Under the pieces are notes generated by a model. That model worked only from the letters and a program-made list of their open reading frames with translations. It did no database searches and had not been told where the DNA came from. A DNA stretch of 64,000 bases from Atopobium sp. (GTDB taxonomy: Bacteria > Actinomycetota > Coriobacteriia > Coriobacteriales > Atopobiaceae). A program made the position numbers and the translations under genes. Within the stretch, counting starts at the first letter, position 1. Each line of letters starts with the position of its first letter. This document shows positions 48,700-58,751 of this stretch, in pieces. The stretch is from positions 6,697-70,696 of the forward strand of contig JABZGY010000002.1 of the NCBI GenBank assembly GCA_015259155.1, in the 5' to 3' direction.

Positions 48700-50595
48700 A
48701 TGAGCTCAAAGACAAAGGTGAAAATTGCTCGCATTGTCTGTTCTGCTGTTTTGCTAGGTATTGCTTACGCGGTTGAACACGCATTTGACCTGCAGCTCTG
48801 GCAGGCACTGCTGCTTTACTTGTTGCCTTACGCTGTTGCGGGATACGATGTTGTTCTAGAAGCATGGGAGAGCATCACTGAGGGTGAGTGCTTTAACGAA
48901 GACTTGCTCATGACCATTGCTACTGTTGGTGCCTTGCTCATTGGCTTTGTGCCTAACGGTTCTCCTATGTTTGATGAGGCCGTCTTTGTCATGCTGTTCT
49001 TCCAGGTAGGAGAAGTGTTTGAACACCTTGCTTCCGATAACAGCAAGAAATCTATTGCCAAGCTTATGGATATCCGTCCTGACAGCGCAACGGTTGAACG
49101 TGACGGACAGCTGCTTACTATCTCTCCAGAAGAAGTTGGGCTAGGAGAGATTATTGTGGTCAAACCCGGCGACCGTGTCCCTGTTGACGCAGAGATCGTC
49201 GAGGGTTCTACCAGTCTTGATACCGTTGCTCTTACTGGTGAGAGCGTGCCTCGTGACGCAACGGTGGGAGACAATATTATCTCGGGCTGCGTAAACCTTT
49301 CTGGCGTGGTTCGTGCTCGCGTTACCCACCTCTTTGAAGACTCTACTGCTTCCCGCATCATTAAGCTGGTAGAGAGCTCAAACCAAAACAAGTCCAAGAG
49401 CGAGAGGTTTATTCGTCGTTTTTCTCGCGTGTATACTCCAGCAGTTGTTTACAGTGCCATTGCGCTGGCATTTTTGCCACCACTGCTCTCGGGAGACTTT
49501 GTGGGCAACGCATCAATCTGGATTGTAAGAGCACTGACCTTCCTTATTGCCTCATGTCCTTGTGCGCTGGTAGTTTCCGTGCCACTGGCCTTCTTTGGCG
49601 GTATTGGCGCTGCTTCGAAGGAGGGCATCCTGATCAAGGGCTCTGCGTACATTGATATGCTTTCTACCCTTGATACCGTTGCCTTTGACAAGACCGGTAC
49701 GCTGACCGAGGGTGTTTTTGAGGTTCTTGCTGTTCATCCTCAGGCTATTGGCGAGAAGGACCTTCTGCACCTAGCTTCTCACGTTGAGATGCACTCCACG
49801 CACCCAATTGCTGCAGCTCTTCGTGCTGCTTATCCAAGTGAGGACGATGACTGTGTTATCACGGACATCAAAGAAATTGCTGGTCAGGGCATTTGCGCTA
49901 ACGTGAATGGTAAGAGCGTTGCTGTTGGCAACTGCGCACTTATGGAGAGCGTAGGAGCTTCTTGGAAAGCGTGCGAGAACCACGGAACCATCATTCACGT
50001 GGCTGTTGATGGGACCTACATGGGCCACATTGTTATTTCTGACCGCGAACGAGCTGATGCTCCAGCAGCAATCGCTTCCCTCAAAAATGTTGGTGTTTCT
50101 AAGGTTGTTATGCTCACGGGCGATAAACGCGACGTTGCAGAAGAGATTGCTGCTCAGATGGGCATTACTGAGGTTCGTGCTGAACTGCTTCCACAGGATA
50201 AGGTTTCTGCCGTTGAAGGCCTTCTCGCCCAAAAGACAGCTGGTAAGTCCCTTGCTTTTGTCGGTGACGGCATCAATGATGCACCCGTTCTTGCACGCGC
50301 TGATGTAGGCGTTGCTATGGGCGGTTTGGGGTCTGATGCTGCTATTGAGGCCGCCGACGTAGTTCTTATGGACGACAAGCTTTCTAAGCTCTCAAAGGCC
50401 GTAAAGATTGCTCGTCATACCCTGGGTATTGCAAAGCAAAATATTGTGTTTGCTATTGGCGTTAAGGTTGCTGTTTTGATCCTTGCAGCCTTTGGTTTGG
50501 CTCCCATGTGGCTAGCGGTCTTTGGAGACATAGGCGTTATGGTGCTTGCAGTTCTTAATTCCACTAGAGCTTTGAATATAAAGTCGATCAAGTAA
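48700..50595 (+). CDS. cadA: Heavy-metal (Zn/Cd/Co) translocating P1B-type ATPase
   Basis: TGES, SCPC, DKTGTLT, HP, GDGINDAP motifs; GGAGGAG RBS before ATG 48700. Confidence 0.9.
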   Translation: MSSKTKVKIARIVCSAVLLGIAYAVEHAFDLQLWQALLLYLLPYAVAGYDVVLEAWESITEGECFNEDLLMTIATVGALLIGFVPNGSPMFDEAVFVMLFFQVGEVFEHLASDNSKKSIAKLMDIRPDSATVERDGQLLTISPEEVGLGEIIVVKPGDRVPVDAEIVEGSTSLDTVALTGESVPRDATVGDNIISGCVNLSGVVRARVTHLFEDSTASRIIKLVESSNQNKSKSERFIRRFSRVYTPAVVYSAIALAFLPPLLSGDFVGNASIWIVRALTFLIASCPCALVVSVPLAFFGGIGAASKEGILIKGSAYIDMLSTLDTVAFDKTGTLTEGVFEVLAVHPQAIGEKDLLHLASHVEMHSTHPIAAALRAAYPSEDDDCVITDIKEIAGQGICANVNGKSVAVGNCALMESVGASWKACENHGTIIHVAVDGTYMGHIVISDRERADAPAAIASLKNVGVSKVVMLTGDKRDVAEEIAAQMGITEVRAELLPQDKVSAVEGLLAQKTAGKSLAFVGDGINDAPVLARADVGVAMGGLGSDAAIEAADVVLMDDKLSKLSKAVKIARHTLGIAKQNIVFAIGVKVAVLILAAFGLAPMWLAVFGDIGVMVLAVLNSTRALNIKSIK

Positions 50596-50616
50596 AAGAG
50601 TCAGGGCTGCTGGCCT

Positions 50617-50644
50617 AAAAAAGAGCGCTCGCAAAGGAGCGCTC
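50617..50644 (-). terminator. Probable terminator
   Basis: A-run + GAGCGCTC/GAGCGCTC stem between convergent genes. Confidence 0.55.
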
Positions 50645-50696
50645 CTACAAAGGTTGTTTTCACAAACGGCTGTTTCTACACAGAGCCAATTACAAA

Positions 50697-51524
50697 TTAC
50701 TGAGCCTTCTTACGAAGTCTACGAGCACGGTTTGCAAGATTGCGGACCGTGCTTTCCATTCCATGAGGAACGTAGGCCAGCGATTCTAAGTCTTCTGGAA
50801 GGTAGTCAACAAGACTGACAGGCTCTGTGGGTGTGAAATCTGCTGGTACAGGACCTGGAGCAATCAGGTAGGCATGAACCTTAGCGCCCTGGGCGCCAAG
50901 TTTTTGTTCGTACTCACTAGGAACATCGTGAGGAAAATCGGTCTGTGCATCTCGCGTTTTCCAAATAAAGTTGTAACCAGCAACTTCAACTTGCTCAAGA
51001 GAAAAATCAAAAAGTGGCTGACTGTCCGTTTTAAGACGAACAACACCCTCTTTAGCCAAAACATTTCTATACTGCATAAGACGCTCAGCATCAGTGAGGC
51101 GCATCTTTGCCTGTCTGATTCGAGGAAATGGTGCAGGGAAGTTGAGATAAATAACAGAGACTTCTTCTGGCGAGAAGTACTCATCAATCTTCATGCCGGT
51201 ACCAGGTACTACGATGGCGTTAGGCACTCCTGCTTCATAAATTGTTTTAGCAGCATATGAAATACAGATAGGTTCTGTATCAATGGCTACAAAAAGCACG
51301 TTAGGATTTGCCTTAGCTTGCGTGGCAGTAAAAGATCCCTTACCGCAGCCAAGGTCTACACGGACCTCAGAGAAGGGGACATGTCCCTCAGCAGTAATTG
51401 GCGCACACGCAGAAGCCCACGTACCTCTCAAAGCCTCTGGATGAGGCTCAATGACGCTGGAATACGCCTCTAAGCGCTCTTCCAGAACAAAGTTTTTAGG
51501 CAAACGTGCATGTAGTGCGCGCAA
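50697..51524 (-). CDS. trmB: tRNA (guanine-N7)-methyltransferase
   Basis: DLGCGKGSF, A.ANP...F.AID, YLNFP.PFP......RL, LKTD, SEYE.K motifs. Confidence 0.85.
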   Translation of the reverse strand: MRALHARLPKNFVLEERLEAYSSVIEPHPEALRGTWASACAPITAEGHVPFSEVRVDLGCGKGSFTATQAKANPNVLFVAIDTEPICISYAAKTIYEAGVPNAIVVPGTGMKIDEYFSPEEVSVIYLNFPAPFPRIRQAKMRLTDAERLMQYRNVLAKEGVVRLKTDSQPLFDFSLEQVEVAGYNFIWKTRDAQTDFPHDVPSEYEQKLGAQGAKVHAYLIAPGPVPADFTPTEPVSLVDYLPEDLESLAYVPHGMESTVRNLANRARRLRKKAQ

Positions 51525-51561
51525 AGCAACTCCTCAACAAGTGGGCAAAATCAGCGTTTCT

Positions 51562-52179
51562 TTACAGAAGCTGATCAAGCGTTTCTCCGTACGAAGGTAG
51601 GAATTCTGTCATAAAATCGCGCACTTCTGGAAGAGAATCTGCTAAATCTTCAACAACTCCACGAGTTGAGGCTTCAGCGGTAATAAATTCTGAGTTTCCA
51701 GACTGAGCCTCCTCAATACACTTAATAAGTGCTGCAATCTTATCTGCAGCTTTAATAAGCTTTCTAAGATAAGCTTCACTCTCTGAAGCCTCAGTGCTGT
51801 GAGTAAGCACCTGAGCATAGGCATCTTGCAGGTCTTCTGGCAGTGTGGAGAGAATGGTTTTCTCGGCACGTGCCTCTACCTGATGATAGGCATCTCTAAT
51901 CTCTGAATTAGCATACTTTACAGGCGTGGGCATATCTCCGGTGATAATCTCTGATGCATCGTGATATATACCAATAAGAGCTGCACGATCTGCATCAAGA
52001 TTTCTGTGGTAGCGCACATTTGCAATAGTTGCCAGACAGTGAGAAATAACGGCCACGTCAAGGGCGTGTTCAGCAAGACTCTCTGAGCGAGAATTGCGCA
52101 TAAGCGACCAGCGCTCAATGTAGCGCATGCGAGATATAAGTGCAAAAAAGCTGGACTGCGACGAAGAATTCTGAGACAT
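51562..52179 (-). CDS. yfbR: 5'-deoxynucleotidase (HD family)
   Basis: RMRYIERWSLMRN...ESLAEH, YHDASEIITGDMPTPVKY, K.ADKI.ALIKCIEE...GN.EF. Confidence 0.92.
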   Translation of the reverse strand: MSQNSSSQSSFFALISRMRYIERWSLMRNSRSESLAEHALDVAVISHCLATIANVRYHRNLDADRAALIGIYHDASEIITGDMPTPVKYANSEIRDAYHQVEARAEKTILSTLPEDLQDAYAQVLTHSTEASESEAYLRKLIKAADKIAALIKCIEEAQSGNSEFITAEASTRGVVEDLADSLPEVRDFMTEFLPSYGETLDQLL

Positions 52180-52459
52180 TGCCCCTCCTTAATTTGTTTT
52201 CTCAACCTTACCACGGATACCGGACAAAAACTGTTTTGACATAACTATGCAATGTAGTCATAGCAAATATGAAGTAATCAAATACTTTAGATGTTTATAT
52301 GAAATTATTGATATCTGAACATCCGTTCATGGGTATTTTTGCTCCGCTTACCGGCAACCATGGCTAACTTATTCCAAAGGAGTTAACCCGGGCTTACTAT
52401 GCAAGTAAACCTCGTCCGTTTAAAAGAAGTGAGCGGACAACAAAGGAAGGATGGGAAAC

Positions 52460-53707
52460 ATGAGTAAGTATGCTTTTGTAGGCGGCAAGCTCGTTGACGG
52501 TACTGGCGCTGCACCAGTTGAGGACTCCCTTGTCCTTATCGATGACGACAAGATTACCTATGCTGGTCCTCGCAAAGAGGTCCCAGAGGGATATGAGGTC
52601 CGTGACGCATCCGGTCATACCGTAATGCCTGGTCTTGTTGATACACACCTGCACTTCTCCGGCAACCTGACCGACAACGATAACGACTGGGTTATCGAGT
52701 CCGTTGCTCAGAAGCAGGCATGTGCTGTCAAGCAGGCTTATGACGCTCTTACCCACGGCCTCACCACTGTCGTTGAGATTGGCCGCAATGGTATTGCTAT
52801 CCGCGACCTCGTTAACATGGGCATTATGCAGGGTCCTCGTATCTTTGCTACCGGTCTTGGCCTTTGCCGCGTTGCTGGTCACGGTGACTCTCACCACCTG
52901 CCACTGCAGATTTCCAAGGACGGACACCCTTGGGGCGACCAGGTAGACGGTCCATGGGAGCTTCGTAAGGCAATCCGCCGTCGTCTTCGTGAAGAGCCTG
53001 ATGGCATCAAGATCTGGGCAACCGGTGGCGGCATTTGGCGCTGGGACTCCGACCGTCTGCAGCTCTTCTGCACCGAGGAGATCAAGGCAATTGCTGACGA
53101 GTGCGCACTGGTAGGCATTCCTCTGTACGCTCACTCCTACAATAACTTTGACGCTGCATACGACTGCGTCCGCTTTGGCTGCAAGCAGCTCATTCATGGC
53201 TTTGAGCTTGACGAGCGCACCATGAAGCTTATGGCTGAGCAGGGAACATACTTCACCCCAACCATCGGCTTCCTGCCAACTTGGTACGGAACTTATCCAC
53301 CAGACTGGACTCCAGAGCTTGACGCATTCCCAGGCGAGACTGTTGTCGAGAAGGGCCTTGCACGCACCTACGCCAACCTGCGTAAGGCTTATGACATGGG
53401 TATCACCATTACCATCGGCTCTGACTCCTTCAGCTTTGTCACTCCTTACGGCTACGTCACCATCGATGAGATGTATGACTTTGTCGAGAAGGTTGGCATC
53501 TCCATCCTTGATACTGTTGCAGCTGCTACTTACAACGGCGCAAAGATGCTTGGCAAGGAAAACGAGTTTGGTGCTGTCAAGGAAGGCCTCTCCGCTGATA
53601 TCCTTGTAGTCAAGGGCGACGTTGCTAACAATATCCGCGACCTCACGCCTGAGAACATGGACGTCATCATGAAGGAAGGCAAGATTATTGATCGCGGTAG
53701 CTTCTAA
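52460..53707 (+). CDS. Metal-dependent amidohydrolase (prolidase/ochratoxinase-like subgroup)
   Basis: MPGLVDTHLH, GHGD, IKIWATGG, AH, HG, GSD, ADILVV.G motifs. Confidence 0.9.
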   Translation: MSKYAFVGGKLVDGTGAAPVEDSLVLIDDDKITYAGPRKEVPEGYEVRDASGHTVMPGLVDTHLHFSGNLTDNDNDWVIESVAQKQACAVKQAYDALTHGLTTVVEIGRNGIAIRDLVNMGIMQGPRIFATGLGLCRVAGHGDSHHLPLQISKDGHPWGDQVDGPWELRKAIRRRLREEPDGIKIWATGGGIWRWDSDRLQLFCTEEIKAIADECALVGIPLYAHSYNNFDAAYDCVRFGCKQLIHGFELDERTMKLMAEQGTYFTPTIGFLPTWYGTYPPDWTPELDAFPGETVVEKGLARTYANLRKAYDMGITITIGSDSFSFVTPYGYVTIDEMYDFVEKVGISILDTVAAATYNGAKMLGKENEFGAVKEGLSADILVVKGDVANNIRDLTPENMDVIMKEGKIIDRGSF

Positions 53708-53740
53708 GCTTCCAGCTCGATAATTTGTAACGCGAAGGTT

Positions 53741-53766
53741 GGGCCCTGACTCACTTAAGCGTCAGG
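53741..53766 (+). terminator. Intrinsic terminator
   Basis: GGGCCCTGAC/GTCAGGGCCC stem + TTTT. Confidence 0.75.
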
Positions 53767-53831
53767 GCCCACTTTTACAGGCAAGAAGTTTATTCTTTGA
53801 TATAAAAGTTTGACATTTGAAGGAGCTCACT

Positions 53832-54977
53832 ATGTCTGAACCAAAGCAGGTGAAAATTGTGCTGCTTACCGGCTATTTAGGCGCAGGTAAGACCACTATT
53901 TTGAACCACATTCTCTCTAACACTGAAGGTATTCACGCAGCAGTCATTGTCAACGACATTGGCGAGATTAACGTTGATGCTGGTCTTATTAAAGACGGCG
54001 GCTACGCTAAAGAAGGCGACGTTATTCCTCTAACTAACGGTTGCCTCTGCTGCACCCTTTCTAATGACTTGGCACTTCAGTTGGGTGATTTGGCCGATAC
54101 CGAGGAGTTTGACTACATCATTATTGAGGCTTCGGGCATCTGCGAGCCAATCCCCATTACCTATAACATTTCTGCATTCTGCAATCAGAGCCAGCATGCA
54201 ACTAATCACTCTCACCTCAACCTTGATAACATCGTCGCAGTTGTTGACTGTGCTCGCATGTTTGAGGAGTTCCACAACGGCGCCGATCTTCTCGACCCAG
54301 ATATTGAAGAGGACGACATCGAGAACCTGCTTATTCAGCAGATTGAGTTCTGCTCTACGCTGGTGCTCAACAAGACCGATCTGGTTACTCCAGAGCAGCT
54401 CCACGAGCTTAAGGCGCTTGTTCGCGGCCTGCAGAAAGACGCCGTTATTGTTGAGGCGGTCAACGGTGACATTCCAATGAGCGAGCTTATCAATACGGGC
54501 CGTTTTGACTTTGACAAAGCCTACGCCTCCGCTGCATGGATGGATGCAATGGAGCACCCTGAGGAGCACGAGGACCCAGAGGTTTTGGAGTACGAGATTA
54601 CCACCTTTGTGTATCGCCGCCGTCAGCCATTTGACCTGGACAAACTTAACCAGTTTGTGGCTAGCTGGCCAAAGAATATCATCCGCGTCAAGGGTAGCAT
54701 CTGGACTTCGCAAGACCCTGAGATGAGCTACGTATTTGAGCAGGCCGGCAAGCAGGTCCAGTTCTACGAGAATGGCATGTTCTACGCATCGCTGCCAGAG
54801 GATGAGCGAGAAACCCTTCTTGACGAGAAACCCGAGCTACGTACAGAATGGGATGATGAACTGGGCGATCGTCAAACAAAGCTGTGCTTCATTGGCCGTC
54901 ATATGAACCATGAGGAAATTGAAGCCGGTCTGGATGCATGCCTTACCGAGTATGTTCCAGACGAGTTTGATTACTAG
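53832..54977 (+). CDS. COG0523/CobW-family G3E metallochaperone GTPase
   Basis: GYLGAGKTT, NGCLCC, EASG, NKTD motifs and CobW_C domain. Confidence 0.92.
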   Translation: MSEPKQVKIVLLTGYLGAGKTTILNHILSNTEGIHAAVIVNDIGEINVDAGLIKDGGYAKEGDVIPLTNGCLCCTLSNDLALQLGDLADTEEFDYIIIEASGICEPIPITYNISAFCNQSQHATNHSHLNLDNIVAVVDCARMFEEFHNGADLLDPDIEEDDIENLLIQQIEFCSTLVLNKTDLVTPEQLHELKALVRGLQKDAVIVEAVNGDIPMSELINTGRFDFDKAYASAAWMDAMEHPEEHEDPEVLEYEITTFVYRRRQPFDLDKLNQFVASWPKNIIRVKGSIWTSQDPEMSYVFEQAGKQVQFYENGMFYASLPEDERETLLDEKPELRTEWDDELGDRQTKLCFIGRHMNHEEIEAGLDACLTEYVPDEFDY

Positions 54978-55012
54978 CGTTTTCAGCGCCAAGAGCTCCG
55001 GCGCTTGAGACG

Positions 55013-55042
55013 AGGGACCCAGTTTATCCGGGTCCCTTTTTT
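55013..55042 (+). terminator. Intrinsic terminator
   Basis: AGGGACCC/GGGTCCCT stem + T-run. Confidence 0.7.
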
Positions 55043-55058
55043 AGGTTAGAGGTGCCTA

Positions 55059-55910
55059 ATGACCAAGATTGAGCAGCTTAAAGACTGGATTCAGTCGTCA
55101 GATAACATTGTTTTCTTTGGTGGCGCAGGTGTGTCAACAGAAAGCGGTATTCCTGATTTTAGGGGTACCAACGGTCTGTATCGCCAGGGCGGTATCAAAG
55201 TAGAAAACATGACCATAGGTTTGGGCCAAGATGGCTATGACATGGGAAAAGAAGCCTACGACCTGGGAAATGGCGTAACGGTTGACCCCGATAACGAAGA
55301 GTCTTTTGCCTACAGCAAGGCGCCAGACTTTACGCTTGAAGAGATCTTCTCGCTTGATGTGTTTTTAGATTACCCCGCAGCGTATTACACGTATTTTAGA
55401 AACTCTCATCATTTGGGGGAGGCTCAGCCAAACATTGCTCACAAGTGGCTGGCAGACTTGGAAGCTGCGGGAAAGTTGCGCGCGGTGGTGACGCAAAACA
55501 TCGACGGACTACATCAAGCTGCTGGTAGCAAGCGTGTGTTTGAGCTCCACGGCAACGAGACGCGTTTTTATTGTCCCGAGTGCGGCCACACCTACACGCT
55601 TGATCAGATTGAAGAGCAGTCGTCTGTGGTGCCGCTCTGTCAATGCGGCGCAGTTATTAGGCCTGATATCGTCTTTTACGGAGAGGGCCTTGATATGGAC
55701 ACGGTCTACGGCGCGCTGAATGCTATCTCTCAAGCGGAGGTCCTTGTAGTTGCAGGGAGTTCGCTGGTAGTACAGCCTGCCGCCGGTCTTCTCGATTATT
55801 ACGAGGGCAACAAAATGGCCATTATCAACGACCAACCTACGCCGTACGATGGTCGCGCCAATCTGGTGATCAGAGACAGAATTGGCGCCGTCATAGAACA
55901 GCTCCTGTAG
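55059..55910 (+). CDS. cobB: NAD-dependent protein deacylase (sirtuin)
   Basis: GAGVSTESGIPDFRG, TQNIDGLHQ.AG, ELHG, CxxC..CxC, RPDIV.YGE, GSSL.V.PA. Confidence 0.9.
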   Translation: MTKIEQLKDWIQSSDNIVFFGGAGVSTESGIPDFRGTNGLYRQGGIKVENMTIGLGQDGYDMGKEAYDLGNGVTVDPDNEESFAYSKAPDFTLEEIFSLDVFLDYPAAYYTYFRNSHHLGEAQPNIAHKWLADLEAAGKLRAVVTQNIDGLHQAAGSKRVFELHGNETRFYCPECGHTYTLDQIEEQSSVVPLCQCGAVIRPDIVFYGEGLDMDTVYGALNAISQAEVLVVAGSSLVVQPAAGLLDYYEGNKMAIINDQPTPYDGRANLVIRDRIGAVIEQLL

Positions 55911-55945
55911 AAAAACGCCTACCCGCGAAAGCGCAGGTAGGCGTT
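55911..55945. terminator. Terminator between convergent genes
   Basis: AACGCCTACC.GCG/CGC.GGTAGGCGTT stem with flanking A-run. Confidence 0.75.
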
Positions 55946-56004
55946 ATCATTTCAATCAATGGCGAGAATCACACGATGCGCGAGAAACCCGAGAACCCCG
56001 TGAA

Positions 56005-57669
56005 TTAGTTGGCTTCCTCGGCGAGCGTCTGAAGCGTTGCCATGAGAGATGGAACAACCTGCTTCTTACGGCTGACAACACCTGGAAGAACAGCAATGTT
56101 GCCATCAACCTTTACGTTAAAGGCGCGCTCGATAACATTGGCAGCATTTGCGCCGTAGAAGAGCATCTCGGTGACCTGGCTCTTTACGTCGGTGAACATG
56201 TAGAAGACCATTGGGAGCTCTTCGGACTTAGCAGCGGTCTCCAAGAATGGTCCAACAAGTTCCTCTGCAGCCTTGCGACTGGACTCGGTCATGAAGGATC
56301 CCTGGCCAACGCCAAACTTTACGCCGCCACGGCTGAATACCTTGTAGTCACCGTGGAAGACTTCTTCTGCAGTACGACCAGTGAGGTCTGCGCCAGCGTC
56401 AAACATTTGCTCAGAGTAAGCGTCAATGTCTTCTCCGCAAATCTCTGCAAGCTTTTTACCAGCAACAATGTCGCGCTCGGTGCAGGTAGGGGAGCGGAAT
56501 GCAAGGGTGTCGGAAAGAATTGCAGAGAGCATGAGGCCAGCAATATTCTTTGGAATCTCGATGCCGTACTCGTGGTAGAGGCCATAGATGATGGTGCAGG
56601 TGCAGCCAACAGGGACGTTTCTAAAGGTAATTGGGTTAGAAGTCTCAATGGAGCCGATGCGGTGGTGATCAACAATCTCCATGATCTCTGCCTGCTCAAG
56701 ACCATCAACTGCCTGAGTGCGCTCGTTGTGGTCAACAAGAATGACATGCTTCTTGCGAGGGTTCAAAAGACCAGGACCGCTGATAAGACCTGCAAAGGTG
56801 CCGTTCTCGTTGATAACAGGGAAGAAGCGGTGCCTTGAGTTGGTCATTTCCTTACGAGCATCATCAATTGCGGTGTTGACGCTGAACTTAAGGATGTCGT
56901 CAGTGAGCATCTTCTCACGTACAGGCATAGACATGATAAGCAGACGAGCTACCTCAAAGGTATCGCGAGGAGTGCTGATAATAGCGCAATTACGCTTTTT
57001 AGCCAGGTCAATAACGTCCTGAGCAATTGGAGCATCACAAGAGACAATAAGGCAGGAAGCACCGTGCTCAACTGCGATAGTCTGGTTTTCATGGTTGCCA
57101 GCAACAACAATGATATCGCCAGCATCAACAATCTCTGAAAGGGCGGAAGCGCTGGTACCAACGCGAATATTGCCCTGCTTAACAACGCCCTGAGGATCAC
57201 CAAGAACCATGGTGCCGCCAAGCGTAGAAACGATATTTTCATAGCTTGTCTTAGCCTTAGAGAGCAGGTTTGGCTCGGAAAGACTCATGTTTGCATTTGC
57301 AATATCTTTAACGGCAATCAGGCCGGTAAGCTCTTCTTCCTCATCAGTAACGCAGAGTGTATCAAGCTTAACGTCCTGCATAAGCTGCCAAGCAGCATAG
57401 AGGCTCATTCCAGCATCAACTTTTGGCTGAGCCTGAATCTCTGCATCTTTGATCTGAGGAGTAACCGTAGTAATAAGCTGCGGCTCTTCAAAGCCAAAGT
57501 GATTTAAAACAAAGGCGGTCTCACGGTTGAGTGAGCCAGCGCGACGAGCTTCATAGATAGGGTTGTCAATCTGATTTTTGAGATACGTATAAGAAATTGC
57601 AGCACAAATGCTGTCTGTATCTGGGTTCAAATGGCCAATGATATTTACTTTACGAATTGCTTCTGCCAT
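56005..57669 (-). CDS. ppaC: Manganese-dependent inorganic pyrophosphatase with CBS and DRTGG domains
   Basis: GHLNPDTDS, LVDHNE, VDHHR, AILSDT, VSRKKQ motifs with CBS-DRTGG insert. Confidence 0.93.
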   Translation of the reverse strand: MAEAIRKVNIIGHLNPDTDSICAAISYTYLKNQIDNPIYEARRAGSLNRETAFVLNHFGFEEPQLITTVTPQIKDAEIQAQPKVDAGMSLYAAWQLMQDVKLDTLCVTDEEEELTGLIAVKDIANANMSLSEPNLLSKAKTSYENIVSTLGGTMVLGDPQGVVKQGNIRVGTSASALSEIVDAGDIIVVAGNHENQTIAVEHGASCLIVSCDAPIAQDVIDLAKKRNCAIISTPRDTFEVARLLIMSMPVREKMLTDDILKFSVNTAIDDARKEMTNSRHRFFPVINENGTFAGLISGPGLLNPRKKHVILVDHNERTQAVDGLEQAEIMEIVDHHRIGSIETSNPITFRNVPVGCTCTIIYGLYHEYGIEIPKNIAGLMLSAILSDTLAFRSPTCTERDIVAGKKLAEICGEDIDAYSEQMFDAGADLTGRTAEEVFHGDYKVFSRGGVKFGVGQGSFMTESSRKAAEELVGPFLETAAKSEELPMVFYMFTDVKSQVTEMLFYGANAANVIERAFNVKVDGNIAVLPGVVSRKKQVVPSLMATLQTLAEEAN

Positions 57670-57920
57670 CTTCGCCTCCCTGGTAATGTCGATGATGTAA
57701 CTTTCTAATTAGAACACACTTTAGTAAGCACATTTTGTTTCTTTTTTAATACCACCCTGTAGTGTACCCCTCTCTCTTTTTACTTAGAACAGAAAATCGC
57801 AGAAAAACAGCGGGCGTACCTGTGAATCTGGTAAATGTGTATAGGACAAATGACAATTCAAAAGTTGAAGGAAATTAGTACAATGAAATAGTTAACAAAT
57901 CGATTGAATTGGAATACCTA

Positions 57921-58751
57921 GTGAGTTCTCCTACGCGTTTTTCTGCTAAAAAAAGAAACGCTCGTCATATGGTTAAAGCAGCGCACGTCCCTGAGCCTTC
58001 ATCTGAGGCAAGGGAAGTTGCACCTGTAGAAGCACCTCAGGCTCCCGTAGAGAAGGCTGATACTACGGCAAGCCCAGTAGCCTCTCTGCAGATCGCTTCT
58101 GAGCAGCTTTCATCTGCTTTTGCGTCATTTACGCAGCGCAAACCTGCTGCACAGCCTGCAGCTCAGCCTGCGGAAAAGCCTGCTGCACAGCCTGCGGAAA
58201 AGCCTGCAGTAAAGCCTGCAACACAGCCTGCAGACAACATGCGATCTAAGGTTGCGCCAGAAAAAAAGAGACGACAGAAAACGCCTCTATCTTCACGTAA
58301 AAACATTCGTGTGGAGAAGCGCCATCGCAATCAAGCAGATCCTGAGCCAGAACAGCGTCCTTCTCGCCCCGTGAGTGCGAGTAGAAAAAGGCTGGAGCTG
58401 GTAAGTGTTGTTGCTATTTTGGTGCTCGCGGTCCTCTCGATTGTTTTGGTTAACCGACCAAGCACAAAAACGCTGGTATTTGGCGACAATCAGGTGACGT
58501 ATACCGGCACCACCATTCAGGGAAAGATGAATGGACAAGGCAAGATGACCTTTGAAAACGGCGATACCTATGAGGGAGAATTTGTCGACGGGTATTTCCA
58601 AGGAACCGGAACGTACACCTCAAAAGACGGCTGGACGTACGAAGGTCAATTTGTAAAAGGCCAGGCAGATGGCCAAGGAAAGCTCACTACGCAAGATAAC
58701 ATTGTGTACGAAGGAACTTTTAAGCAAGGGATTTATCAAAGTGCGAATTAA
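57921..58751 (+). CDS. MORN-repeat membrane protein with disordered N-terminus
   Basis: Single TM then YTG..G.MNGQG...F.NGD.YEG.F..G repeats; start uncertain. Confidence 0.8.
   Translation: MSSPTRFSAKKRNARHMVKAAHVPEPSSEAREVAPVEAPQAPVEKADTTASPVASLQIASEQLSSAFASFTQRKPAAQPAAQPAEKPAAQPAEKPAVKPATQPADNMRSKVAPEKKRRQKTPLSSRKNIRVEKRHRNQADPEPEQRPSRPVSASRKRLELVSVVAILVLAVLSIVLVNRPSTKTLVFGDNQVTYTGTTIQGKMNGQGKMTFENGDTYEGEFVDGYFQGTGTYTSKDGWTYEGQFVKGQADGQGKLTTQDNIVYEGTFKQGIYQSAN
58143..58232 (+). repeat. 12-bp degenerate tandem repeat (about 7.5 units) encoding PAAQ/PAEK
   Basis: CCTGC recurs every 12 bp. Confidence 0.85.

Noticed and set aside
55059..55910. Sir2 protein as an anti-phage (Thoeris/DSR-type) effector
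   Set aside because: Has the classical Zn-binding CobB deacylase architecture and housekeeping neighbours
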